Both the position numbers and the translations under genes were made by a program. Of a DNA stretch of 64,000 bases, positions 56,115 through 64,000 are shown piece after piece. Source of the stretch: an uncultured Clostridia bacterium (GTDB lineage: Bacteria > Bacillota > Clostridia > Christensenellales > Borkfalkiaceae); assembly GCA_944367415.1 (NCBI GenBank), contig CALVWN010000035.1:1212-65211 (forward strand). Reading direction: 5' to 3'. The notes under the pieces are model-generated. The model was not told the origin of the DNA, ran no database searches, and was given only the letters and a program-made list of their open reading frames with translations. Position 1 is the first letter of the stretch; each line of letters begins with the position of its first letter.

Positions 56115-56608
56115 GAGCGATCTTTCACGCAGACAGGCAGTGGGGCATCGGCAGGGGGAACGACCTCATGTTCCGCCTGCCGCTCGACATGAAATTTTTC
56201 CGCGAGACGACCGCGGGGAAGGTGGTCGTGATGGGGCTGAACACCCTGCGCTCCTTCCCGGGCGGCAAGCCGCTCAAAAACAGAACCAACATCGTGCTCT
56301 GCCCCGACGATGCGGGCGAGGGCGTCATCACCGTTCATTCGCCGGAGGAGCTGCTCGCCGAGGTCAAAAAGTATCCCGCAGAGGACGTGTTCGTCATCGG
56401 CGGGGCGAGCGTGTACCGCCTGCTCATTCCCTATTGCACCGAAGTGCTCGTCACCCGCGTGGATGCGGTGGGGGGCGCGGACACCTTCGTGCCCGATCTC
56501 GATGCGGACGCGAACTTCGCGCTCGTTTCCGAGAGCGCGCCCGTCGAGGACAACGGATACCGCATCCGCTTCTGTACCTATCAAAATCTGGCACCGATTC
56601 CCTTTTAA
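56111..56608 (+). CDS. folA: dihydrofolate reductase
   Basis: ATGA overlap with the thyA stop. The translation (WGIGRGNDLMFRLPLDMKFFRETT...VVMGLNT...VIGGASVY) fits DHFR. Confidence 0.9.
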   Translation: MRAIFHADRQWGIGRGNDLMFRLPLDMKFFRETTAGKVVVMGLNTLRSFPGGKPLKNRTNIVLCPDDAGEGVITVHSPEELLAEVKKYPAEDVFVIGGASVYRLLIPYCTEVLVTRVDAVGGADTFVPDLDADANFALVSESAPVEDNGYRIRFCTYQNLAPIPF

Positions 56609-56631
56609 TTGCCCCGCGGGGCAATTTTTTT
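56608..56631 (+). terminator. Rho-independent terminator
   Basis: Perfect stem ATTGCCCCG / CGGGGCAAT followed by TTTTTTT. Confidence 0.85.
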
Positions 56632-56652
56632 CGCCATGGCGGGCGTTTTTTC

Positions 56653-56681
56653 TTGCGTATTGTGCCCAAAAGTATTAAAAT
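56653..56681 (+). promoter_or_regulatory. candidate typA promoter
   Basis: TTGCGT (56653-56658), 17 nt, TAAAAT (56676-56681). Confidence 0.5.
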
Positions 56682-56714
56682 ATCACGTTGGACGAACATT
56701 TTTCAGAGGTATTT

Positions 56715-58541
56715 ATGGTCAGAGAAGATTTAAGGAACATTGCGATCATCGCGCACGTCGACCACGGCAAGACGACGCTCGTCGATCAGATGCTCAAGCA
56801 GGCGGGCACCTTCCGCGAGAATCAGGTGGTGGAGGAGCGCGTCATGGACTCGGGCGCGCTCGAGCGCGAGCGCGGCATCACCATCCTCGCGAAGAACACC
56901 TCCGTACACTATAACGGCGTCAAGATCAACATCATCGATACGCCCGGCCACGCCGATTTCTCGGGCGAGGTGGAGCGCGTGCTCAAGATGGTCTCGGGCG
57001 TGCTCATCCTCGTGGACGCCGCCGAAGGCCCCATGCCGCAGACGCGCTTCGTCACGCAGAAGGCGCTCGAGATGGGCCTCAGGCTCATCATCGTCATCAA
57101 TAAGATCGACCGCCCCGACGCGCGCATCAAGGAGGTCATCGACGAAGTGCTGGAGCTTCTGATGGATCTCGACGCATCGGACGACCAGCTCGAAAGTCCT
57201 TTCGTGTTCTGCTCGGGCAGAGAGGGAACGGCTTCCCTCGACGAAAATACGCCCGGAAAAGACCTTACGCCGCTGTTTGACACCATTCTCGCGCACTTCC
57301 CGCCCCTCGACATGGATGACAAGGGGCCGCTCCAGATCCTCGTCTCCTCCATCGATTACAACGACTATGTGGGCAGGATCGGCATCGGCAGGATCGAGCG
57401 CGGCGTCGCAAGGCAGGGCGCGGACGTCACGGTCTGCAACTACAACCATCCCGAAGTCAGCCGGCGCGGGAAGATCGTCAATCTCTATGAGATCGAGGGG
57501 CTCAACCGCGTCCCCTGCGAGAGCGCTTCGGCGGGCGACATCGTCTGTTTCTCGGGGCTGGAAAAGATCAACATCGGCGACACCGTCTGCGCGTCCGAGT
57601 GCGTAGAGCCGGTCGCCTTCGTCAAGATCTCCGAGCCGACGGTCGAGATGATCTTCTCCGTCAACGACTCGCCCTTCGCGGGCAAGGAGGGGAAATTCGT
57701 CACCAGCCGCCATTTGCGCGAGCGGCTGTACCGCGAACTTCTGCGCGACGTCTCCCTTCGCGTGGAGGACACCGATTCGACGGACGCCTTCCGCGTGAGC
57801 GGGCGCGGGGAGATGCATCTCTCCATCCTCATCGAGACGATGCGCCGCGAGGGATATGAGTTTCAGGTAAGTTCTCCCAAGGTGCTCTATAAGGAGATCG
57901 ACGGCGTAAAGTACGAGCCGATCGAGCGCCTCATCGTCGACGTTCCGGGAGACAACACCGGCCCCGTGTTCCAGAGCATGGGGGAGAGAAAGGGCGAGCT
58001 TGTGCATATGAATGCGATCGGCTCGCGGATGCGCCTCGAGTTTCTCGTTCCCGCGCGCGGACTGTTCGGCTACAAGAGCGAGTTTCTGACGGATACCAAG
58101 GGCGAGGGTGTCATGAGTTCGGTGTTCTTTGAATACCAGCCCTACAAGGGGGAGATCGCCCGCCGTTCGACGGGATCGCTCGTCGCCTTCGAAACGGGCG
58201 AGGCGGTCACCTACGGCCTCTTCAACGCACAGGGGCGCGGGATGCTGTTCATCGATCCCGGTACGCCCGTCTACGAGGGGATGGTGGTCGGGTGCTCCCC
58301 GAAAGACGAGGATATCAACGTCAACGTCTGCAAGACCAAGCATCTCACCAACACGCGTTCCTCCTCCTCGGATGACGCGCTCCGTCTCATCCCGCCCAAG
58401 CACATGAGTCTCGAGGAGGCGCTCGAGTTCATCGGCGACGACGAGCTGCTCGAAGTCACGCCCCTCAACATCCGCATCCGCAAACGCATCCTGGACAGCG
58501 AATTGCGCGCAAAAGCGCGTGCAAAGGCGAAATTACAGTAA
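56715..58541 (+). CDS. typA: translational GTPase TypA/BipA
   Basis: ATG at 56715 follows AGAGG. Motifs NIAIIAHVDHGKTTLVD, DTPGHADF and NKIDR are present, and the length and C-terminal domain are typical of BipA. Confidence 0.95.
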   Translation: MVREDLRNIAIIAHVDHGKTTLVDQMLKQAGTFRENQVVEERVMDSGALERERGITILAKNTSVHYNGVKINIIDTPGHADFSGEVERVLKMVSGVLILVDAAEGPMPQTRFVTQKALEMGLRLIIVINKIDRPDARIKEVIDEVLELLMDLDASDDQLESPFVFCSGREGTASLDENTPGKDLTPLFDTILAHFPPLDMDDKGPLQILVSSIDYNDYVGRIGIGRIERGVARQGADVTVCNYNHPEVSRRGKIVNLYEIEGLNRVPCESASAGDIVCFSGLEKINIGDTVCASECVEPVAFVKISEPTVEMIFSVNDSPFAGKEGKFVTSRHLRERLYRELLRDVSLRVEDTDSTDAFRVSGRGEMHLSILIETMRREGYEFQVSSPKVLYKEIDGVKYEPIERLIVDVPGDNTGPVFQSMGERKGELVHMNAIGSRMRLEFLVPARGLFGYKSEFLTDTKGEGVMSSVFFEYQPYKGEIARRSTGSLVAFETGEAVTYGLFNAQGRGMLFIDPGTPVYEGMVVGCSPKDEDINVNVCKTKHLTNTRSSSSDDALRLIPPKHMSLEEALEFIGDDELLEVTPLNIRIRKRILDSELRAKARAKAKLQ

Positions 58542-58587
58542 CTTTGCAGAGTATTATGTCAGACATAATAGTATGACAAAACAAAAA

Positions 58588-58612
58588 ATCCTGCCCTTCG
58601 GCGGGATTTTTT
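58588..58612 (+). terminator. Rho-independent terminator
   Basis: Stem ATCCTGCC / GGCGGGAT (one G-U pair), loop CTTC, then TTTTTT. Confidence 0.75.
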
Positions 58613-58637
58613 CGTTCAGACAAGCATAGAGTAGAGT

Positions 58638-58895
58638 ATGCAGAGCGAACAGAGACAGAGCATTCTCACCCTGGAAAATCAGAATAAGCTCACCTTTTCG
58701 GGTGTGGAGCGCGTGGATGCTTTTTCCGACCGGGCGATCGTACTCACCGTGAACGGAAAGCGCGTGCGCATCGAGGGGAGCAAGCTGAAGGTGCTTTCCT
58801 TTTCGGAGGGGAGCGGCGCGTTTTCCGCCTGCGGCTGCGTGGAGAGCGTGCGCTTCTCGCAGGGCGGGAAGGGGGTCGCGCGCATCTTCCGATGA
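58638..58895 (+). CDS. yabP: sporulation protein YabP
   Basis: 85 aa. The pattern ...L.LENQNKLTFSGVERVDAFSDRAIVL.T..G...I.G..L.V matches the YabP family. yabQ follows with an ATGA overlap. Confidence 0.8.
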   Translation: MQSEQRQSILTLENQNKLTFSGVERVDAFSDRAIVLTVNGKRVRIEGSKLKVLSFSEGSGAFSACGCVESVRFSQGGKGVARIFR

Positions 58896-59263
58896 ATGCG
58901 CCCGATCAGTTCTATGTCTTTCTCGTCGCCGCCTCGTGCGGCGCGGCGGGCGGGCTGATCTATGACGCCGTCTGCCTTTTGCGCACGCCGGCCGCGCCCC
59001 GTTTTGTTGTCGCCGCGACGGACGTTGTGTGCGGCGCACTCTTTGCCGCGCTCTGGCTCGCGGTGTTTTCGGGGCTGGGGCTTCCGGGGCTGCGCGCCTT
59101 CCATCTCCTCGCCGCTCTTGCGGGTTTTGCGCTGTATCGGAAAAGTCTGCATAAAATTGTTGCATTTTTCGGAAAAAAGCTATATAATGGGGTAAATCAA
59201 CTACGAAGGGGACGAAAAAAATGTCCGGAAGAAGGGGTGAAGGTCTCACCGAAGAAAAAATGA
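58892..59263 (+). CDS. yabQ: spore cortex biosynthesis protein YabQ-like membrane protein
   Basis: It is translationally overlapped with yabP, has hydrophobic helices (FVVAATDVVCGALFAALWLAVF), and sits where yabQ sits in the conserved yabP-yabQ-divIC order. Confidence 0.65.
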   Translation: MNAPDQFYVFLVAASCGAAGGLIYDAVCLLRTPAAPRFVVAATDVVCGALFAALWLAVFSGLGLPGLRAFHLLAALAGFALYRKSLHKIVAFFGKKLYNGVNQLRRGRKKCPEEGVKVSPKKK

Positions 59264-59502
59264 GGAGGATCGCATCGGGGGCGACGGCGGCGTGCGTGCT
59301 GCTCATTCTCTTCCTCGTCATCATTCTCATTGTTCAGTTCGTGCAGATCGGCATCGCCAACCGCCGCAGCGCCGAATACGACGCCGCGATCGAACATTAC
59401 GAACAGCTCCTGGAGAGCGGGGAGATCACGCTCGAGACGCTGCAGGCGGAGGAGACGCTGCGCGAGCTTGCCATCCAGAACGGCTGGAAGTTCCCCGACT
59501 GA
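59221..59502 (+). CDS. septum formation initiator (DivIC/FtsB-like) small bitopic protein
   Basis: It has one TM helix followed by a predicted helical segment, and sits after yabQ as divIC does in Bacillus. The start is uncertain: ATG at 59221 after AAGGGGA, or ATG at 59260 overlapping the yabQ stop. Confidence 0.45.
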   Translation: MSGRRGEGLTEEKMRRIASGATAACVLLILFLVIILIVQFVQIGIANRRSAEYDAAIEHYEQLLESGEITLETLQAEETLRELAIQNGWKFPD

Positions 59503-59510
59503 GAGGGATC

Positions 59511-60371
59511 ATGAAATACGCTGTCATCGATATCGGTTCCAATTCCGTTCGCCTGATGCTTTGGGCGGACGGTACTTTGTATAAAAAGGTCTGTACGACC
59601 CGCCTCGCCGAAGGGCTTGCCGCGAGCGGGTCGCTCAGCGAGGCGGCGATGGAGCGCACGGCGCGCGCCGTCGCCGATTTTTGTACGGAGGGCAGACGGG
59701 AAGGCGCGCAGGTGCTCGCCTTTGCGACTGCCGCGGTGCGTTCCTCCTCCAACGGCGGAACGTTCTGTGCGCGCGTCAAGGCGCTGACGGGCGTCGACGT
59801 CGACGTCATCGGCGGAGAAGAGGAGGCGCGGCTCGGGATGTTCGGCGCGCTCGGCGATCAAAAAGACGGCATCGTCATCGACATCGGCGGCGCCAGCACC
59901 GAGGTGTGCTGCCGCGAGTTCGGCGTCGTGCAGTACCAGAAGAGTCTCCCCGTCGGCGCGGTGAGCATTCTCGAGACGTGCGGACAGAGCATCGGCATGA
60001 TCGATGCCTATGTGCGTGCGATGGCAGATCGTCTGCCCGTCCGCATCCCGCACTTCGACAATCGCTATGCCATCGGCGGAACGGCATCCACCCTTGCTTC
60101 CATGAGCCTTGAGCTGCCCGCATACGACGCGGCAAAACTCAATCACACCGAACTCACCCGCGAATGGCTGATGGAAGTCGCCATTCGCCTCAATCTGACG
60201 CCCGTCGAGCAGCGCAAGAACATCCGCGGGATGGATCCGCGCCGCGCGGACGTCATTCTCGGATCGACCATGCTGCTCGCCGCGATCATGCAGAAACTCC
60301 GGCTCGACAGCGTGTTTTTCTCGGACGCGGACAACCTTGAAGGGTATCTCGCGGCGCGGGGGTTGGCATGA
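59511..60371 (+). CDS. Ppx/GppA family phosphatase (short form)
   Basis: MKYAVIDIGSNSVRLML..., GGEEEARL and IDIGGASTE are motifs of the ASKHA-fold Ppx/GppA family. Confidence 0.85.
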   Translation: MKYAVIDIGSNSVRLMLWADGTLYKKVCTTRLAEGLAASGSLSEAAMERTARAVADFCTEGRREGAQVLAFATAAVRSSSNGGTFCARVKALTGVDVDVIGGEEEARLGMFGALGDQKDGIVIDIGGASTEVCCREFGVVQYQKSLPVGAVSILETCGQSIGMIDAYVRAMADRLPVRIPHFDNRYAIGGTASTLASMSLELPAYDAAKLNHTELTREWLMEVAIRLNLTPVEQRKNIRGMDPRRADVILGSTMLLAAIMQKLRLDSVFFSDADNLEGYLAARGLA

Positions 60372-61165
60372 AGCTGTCTGCGCGCACCGCTGCCGCGGCG
60401 GGCTGGGCGCTGTTCGGGTGTGCCGTCGTTGCCTTCGCTGCCATGGCGGGGCTGGAGATCGCAGCGTCGCAGGACAAGCTCGCCGCCGTCTTTCTCTGTC
60501 TCGGCGCCCTCGCCGCAACGGCATTGCTGCGTCTGCCGGACGCCTTGCATGAGACGGGGCATCTGCTGTTCGGCGTATGCGCGGGACTGCGCGTTCTCGA
60601 GGTGCGCATCGGCTGGCTGTGTTTTGACAAGACGGGCGTGCGCTTTGCCGCCGGGAAGGGCGCGGGCGAAACGCGCCTTACGCTCAGGCACGAACGCGGC
60701 GCGCGGGCACGGCTCTTTGCCGCGGCGCTGGGCGGGCCGCTGCTTGCCGCTGTCGCGGGCGTCGCGCTGCTGCTGGCATGGGGGATGTCTGCCGCCCATC
60801 CGGCGCTCACGTTCTTTGCGCTGACGGCGCCCTTTTTGCTGCAGGAAGCGCTCTTTGCGTGCGTGCCCGCCGAGCTTCCGGACGGTGCGACGGACGGGCT
60901 GACGCTCGCCGAACTCGCCTCCAAAACGGGGGAGGCGGAGGTCGCCCTTCGCGTGATGACGGCGCAGCTGCAGCTTGAGCGCGATCCGAATGCCGAGCTG
61001 CCGTACGAACTGCTCTTCGGCGCGCCCGTCGTGCGGGAGGATTCGCCCGCCTTTTTGGAGCTTCTGCGGCTGCAGCGGGAATATCTGCTCGCCCACGGCG
61101 AACGTGCGGAGGCGGAGCGCATCGGCGCGCGCCTGCAGGCGATCGTGCAGGAGCAGGGCGGCTGA
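60368..61165 (+). CDS. hypothetical membrane protein with an HExxH zincin motif
   Basis: ATGA overlap with the ppx stop. HETGH at 60548-60562 lies at the edge of a hydrophobic segment. The composition is Ala/Leu-rich. No family was recognised. Confidence 0.5.
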   Translation: MKLSARTAAAAGWALFGCAVVAFAAMAGLEIAASQDKLAAVFLCLGALAATALLRLPDALHETGHLLFGVCAGLRVLEVRIGWLCFDKTGVRFAAGKGAGETRLTLRHERGARARLFAAALGGPLLAAVAGVALLLAWGMSAAHPALTFFALTAPFLLQEALFACVPAELPDGATDGLTLAELASKTGEAEVALRVMTAQLQLERDPNAELPYELLFGAPVVREDSPAFLELLRLQREYLLAHGERAEAERIGARLQAIVQEQGG

Positions 61166-61299
61166 AAAAGGGCAGAAAAAAACTGCCCGCAGGCAGTTGC
61201 GACGGTACGCAAAAAAACCGTGATTCCGAAGCCTGAGGCAATGTTCGCGCGAGGGGAGGGGAAGGCGGCAAAGATGCGTACATGAAGTTGTGGGCCGCG

Positions 61300-61512
61300 T
61301 CAGTCCGCGCGTTCGTTCAGACCGAGCAGATAATCTGCCGAGACGTTGAAGTAACGTGCGACTTTTGCAATGTTTCCGGCAGTCGGGTCGCTCTTGTTGG
61401 TCTCCCAATAGCAGATGATCCCGAGACTGACGTTGAGGTCTTTTGCAACGGTCGCCTGTGAGAGGCCGCGTTCTTTTCTGAGTTCGATAAGGCGTTCTGC
61501 AAATATTTTCAT
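61300..61512 (-). CDS. XRE family helix-turn-helix transcriptional regulator (70 aa)
   Basis: MKIFAERLIELRKERGLSQATVAKDLNVSLGIICYWETNKSDPTAGNIAKVARYFNVSADYLLG is a canonical HTH_3 pattern. Confidence 0.85.
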   Translation of the reverse strand: MKIFAERLIELRKERGLSQATVAKDLNVSLGIICYWETNKSDPTAGNIAKVARYFNVSADYLLGLNERAD

Positions 61513-61518
61513 AGTTCC

Positions 61519-61547
61519 ATTATACTTTATTTCGGCAAAATATGCAA
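61519..61547 (-). promoter_or_regulatory. promoter placed for a leaderless XRE transcript
   Basis: On the minus strand it reads TTGCAT, 17 nt, TATAAT, then 6 nt to the ATG at 61512. Confidence 0.45.
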
Positions 61548-61627
61548 GTTTTTTGTGAGCGTAATTTACACGCGATATATCTTTTTTCTCATTTTTTTGC
61601 GCCGAATGCGGCGGGAGGGGTTCTCTG

Positions 61628-62098
61628 ATGCAAAAACCTGTCCGGGTGCTCTTCGTGTGCCACGGGAACATCTGCCGTTCGCCGATGGCGGAGAGCTGTT
61701 TTACCCGTCTCGTCGAGGAGGCGGGGCTTTCGGATGCCTTCGTCATTTCCTCGGCGGCGACGCATCCCGATGAGCTGGGCAATCCGCCGCATCGCGGCAC
61801 GCGCGAAAAACTCGCTCGCGAGGGGATCGCGCTCGTGCCGCACCGCGCCCGCCTTCTGACGCGCGGCGACGGCGATCGGTACGACTATATTCTCGGCATG
61901 GACGAGGAGAATGCCCGCCATATGCGCAGGATCCTCGGCGACTGCCGCGCGCAGGTCGCGCTGCTGCTCGACTTTACCGATCGCCCGCGCGCCATTGCCG
62001 ACCCGTGGTACACGGGCAATTTCGATGAGACTTTTTCCGATATCTGCGAAGGCTGCAATGCCTTTCTGAACAAACTGCGCAGGGAGAATATCGTATGA
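61628..62098 (+). CDS. low molecular weight protein-tyrosine phosphatase
   Basis: It has the VLFVCHGNICRSPMAE active-site loop (CX5R-S) and the DPWY Asp loop. RBS is GGGAGGGG. Confidence 0.9.
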   Translation: MQKPVRVLFVCHGNICRSPMAESCFTRLVEEAGLSDAFVISSAATHPDELGNPPHRGTREKLAREGIALVPHRARLLTRGDGDRYDYILGMDEENARHMRRILGDCRAQVALLLDFTDRPRAIADPWYTGNFDETFSDICEGCNAFLNKLRRENIV

Positions 62099-64000
62099 CA
62101 AAACTGACGGCGCTTCCGCTCGGGAGCATCCGCGCGGAGGATGAATACCTCAAAAACGCGCTTGCGCGCGAGGCGGAGTACCTTCTCTCCCTCGACGTCG
62201 GGCGGCTGCTCGCGGGATTTTACGAGAACGCGGGGATGCCATCGCCCTATGTCCGTTACGGCGGCTGGGAGAGCCTGCTCATCGGCGGGCACACGTTGGG
62301 ACACTACCTCTCCGCCGTCGCGCAGGCGTCGCGCAACGCGGGGCTTGACGCAGCGACGCGCGAAAAATTCCGGAGCCGCGTGCTTCGCATTTCCGACGCG
62401 CTTGCGGTGTGCGGCGCGAAGCGGGGCGGGCTTGTCTGGGGTGCGCCCGCCTGTGAGGGCGGGATCGAGGCGCAGTTCGACAACGTGGAGCGCGGAGAGA
62501 CCAACATCATGACGCAGGCGTGGGTGCCGTGGTACACGCTGCACAAGATTCTCGCGGGGCTGATCGACGCCTATGACGCGACGGGCGCGCCCTCCGCGCT
62601 CTCGGCGGCGTCCGCACTCGGCGATTGGGCGTCAAAGCGCGCGCTCGGCTGGGATAACGCCACGCGGGACAGGGTTTTATCGGTGGAATACGGCGGCATG
62701 AACGACTGTTTGTATGAGCTTTACGCCCGTACGGGGAACGCCGACCATGCCCGCGCCGCGCACGTCTTTGATGAGGAACCGCTCTTCGACCTCATTCTGA
62801 CGGAGGGGAAGGACGTCCTCAAAGACCGCCACGCGAACACGACCATCCCTAAAATTCTGGGCGCCCTCAAGCGCTATCTCATCCTGCACGGCAGGCAGCT
62901 TGACGGCGAATGTGTGGACGCGTCGCGCTACCTGCGCGTCGCGCAGGCGTTCTTTCGGATGGTGGTCGAGCGGCACACCTATGTGACGGGCGGCAACTCC
63001 GAGTGGGAGCATTTCGGCGCCGACTACGTTCTCGACGCGGAGCGCACCAACTGCAACTGTGAGACGTGCAATGTCTACAATATGCTCAAGCTTGCGCGGC
63101 TGTTGTTCTGCGTGACGGGGGAGAAGGGTTACACCGACTACTACGACAATGCGTTCACCAATTCCATCCTCTCGTCGCAGAATCCCGAGACGGGGATGAC
63201 GACCTATTTTCAGCCGATGGCGGGCGGTTTTTTCAAGGTGTTCTCCCGCCCGTACGACAAGTTCTGGTGCTGCACGGGAAGCGGCATGGAGAGCTTTACC
63301 AAGCTGTGTGACAGCGCGATATATGCCTGCGGGTGCGACTTTTATCTCGAGCAGTACCTCTCGATGGAGATGGAATACGGCGGATGCGCCCTGCGCGTGC
63401 GCTGCAATTTCCCGCTGGAGGACAGCGCGGAGGTGCGCGTTGTGCGCGCGGAGGGGGAATTCACGCTCTTTTTGCGCGTGCCCGATTGGGCGGAGGGCGC
63501 GCTCTCTCTCGAAAAAAATGGCACGGGTCAGACTTTTACACAGGAAAACGGGCATATTGCAGTGCGCGTGCGGCAGGGAGATGTGCTGCGGCTGACCATT
63601 CCCGTCGGCGTGCGGCTGCACGGATTGCCGGACGCGGAGGACGTCTTCGCCTTCACATATGGCGGCAAGGTGCTCTCCGCCGATCTCGGCAGCGAGGAGA
63701 TGACGGAGACGGAGACGGGGGTGGAGGTCACCATTCCCGCCCGCCGCAGGCTTGCCTCCGAGCGCATCTATTTTGACGACGTGAAGGATGTCGTCGCGCA
63801 TCCGGAGCGTTATCTCGTGCGCGAGGGCGATAAGTTCCGTCTGCGGGGCGGGGATGTCGGATATTCTTTCGGACTGCACTATCGCCGCTATCGTGAGCGC
63901 TATGCCATCTATTTCAGGCTGCGCGGCGGCGCGCGCGAGGCGGAGGAAGAAGTCCGTACGCCCGTCGACGTCGTGCAACCCGGCTACGGGCAGTATGAGA
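62095..64000 (+). CDS. glycoside hydrolase family 127 (beta-L-arabinofuranosidase / DUF1680) protein; the 3' end lies outside the window
   Basis: This ORF is not in the supplied track because it runs off the window. My own translation from the ATG at 62095 (ATGA overlap with the PTP stop) gives MTKLTALPLGS...GGHTLGHYLSA...WVPWYTLHKILAGL...HANTTIPKILG...NCETCNVYNMLKL...FWCCTGSGMES. The frame is open to base 64000. Confidence 0.85.
   Translation, partial: MTKLTALPLGSIRAEDEYLKNALAREAEYLLSLDVGRLLAGFYENAGMPSPYVRYGGWESLLIGGHTLGHYLSAVAQASRNAGLDAATREKFRSRVLRISDALAVCGAKRGGLVWGAPACEGGIEAQFDNVERGETNIMTQAWVPWYTLHKILAGLIDAYDATGAPSALSAASALGDWASKRALGWDNATRDRVLSVEYGGMNDCLYELYARTGNADHARAAHVFDEEPLFDLILTEGKDVLKDRHANTTIPKILGALKRYLILHGRQLDGECVDASRYLRVAQAFFRMVVERHTYVTGGNSEWEHFGADYVLDAERTNCNCETCNVYNMLKLARLLFCVTGEKGYTDYYDNAFTNSILSSQNPETGMTTYFQPMAGGFFKVFSRPYDKFWCCTGSGMESFTKLCDSAIYACGCDFYLEQYLSMEMEYGGCALRVRCNFPLEDSAEVRVVRAEGEFTLFLRVPDWAEGALSLEKNGTGQTFTQENGHIAVRVRQGDVLRLTIPVGVRLHGLPDAEDVFAFTYGGKVLSADLGSEEMTETETGVEVTIPARRRLASERIYFDDVKDVVAHPERYLVREGDKFRLRGGDVGYSFGLHYRRYRERYAIYFRLRGGAREAEEEVRTPVDVVQPGYGQYE

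Overview
This is a visibly GC-rich chromosomal window with short AT-rich intergenic islands. It looks Clostridia-like: spore genes yabP/yabQ, a secG-rnr-smpB block, GGAGG-type ribosome-binding sites, and TTGACA/TATAAT promoters. All calls come from reading the translations and the DNA by eye. No database search or computation was run, so domain names are motif-level recognitions.

Left flank (1-10.3 kb):
- the 3' part of a GH13 amylase-family gene
- a divergent GNAT-like / ATP-grasp pair
- a feoA-feoA-feoB-(Cys-rich peptide) iron operon whose promoter carries an unusual twin palindrome
- a putative Re-citrate synthase (HMGL family)
- small membrane proteins and a YitT-family protein

Centre (10.5-46.7 kb, more than half the window): an accessory surface-protein super-locus.
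- Five very large predicted lipoproteins (1894, 3277, 941, 871 and 1813 aa) take up about 26 kb of coding sequence.
- They are built from Listeria-Bacteroides repeats, FN3-like modules, BspA-type leucine-rich repeats, a recurring roughly 85-aa beta-rich module, and a beta-helix-like region.
- They surround a tightly coupled six-gene operon: membrane protein, MoxR AAA+ ATPase, DUF58, BatA-N protein, double-VWA protein, LRR lipoprotein.
- This physical and translational link between a Bat-type MoxR/VWA cassette and giant adhesin-like lipoproteins is my best candidate for an undescribed system.
- Only rarA (opposite strand) interrupts the locus.

Right flank (46.7-64 kb), housekeeping genes:
- metA, and metY carrying a single in-frame TAG
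- smpB, rnr, secG
- aroK, panE-like, gltX, thyA, folA, typA
- yabP, yabQ, a divIC-like gene, ppx/gppA
- an HExxH membrane protein, an XRE regulator, an LMW-PTP, and the 5' part of a GH127 gene

No rRNA, tRNA, CRISPR array, transposase or integrase was recognised. None of the 40 visible stop codons of called genes is TAG.
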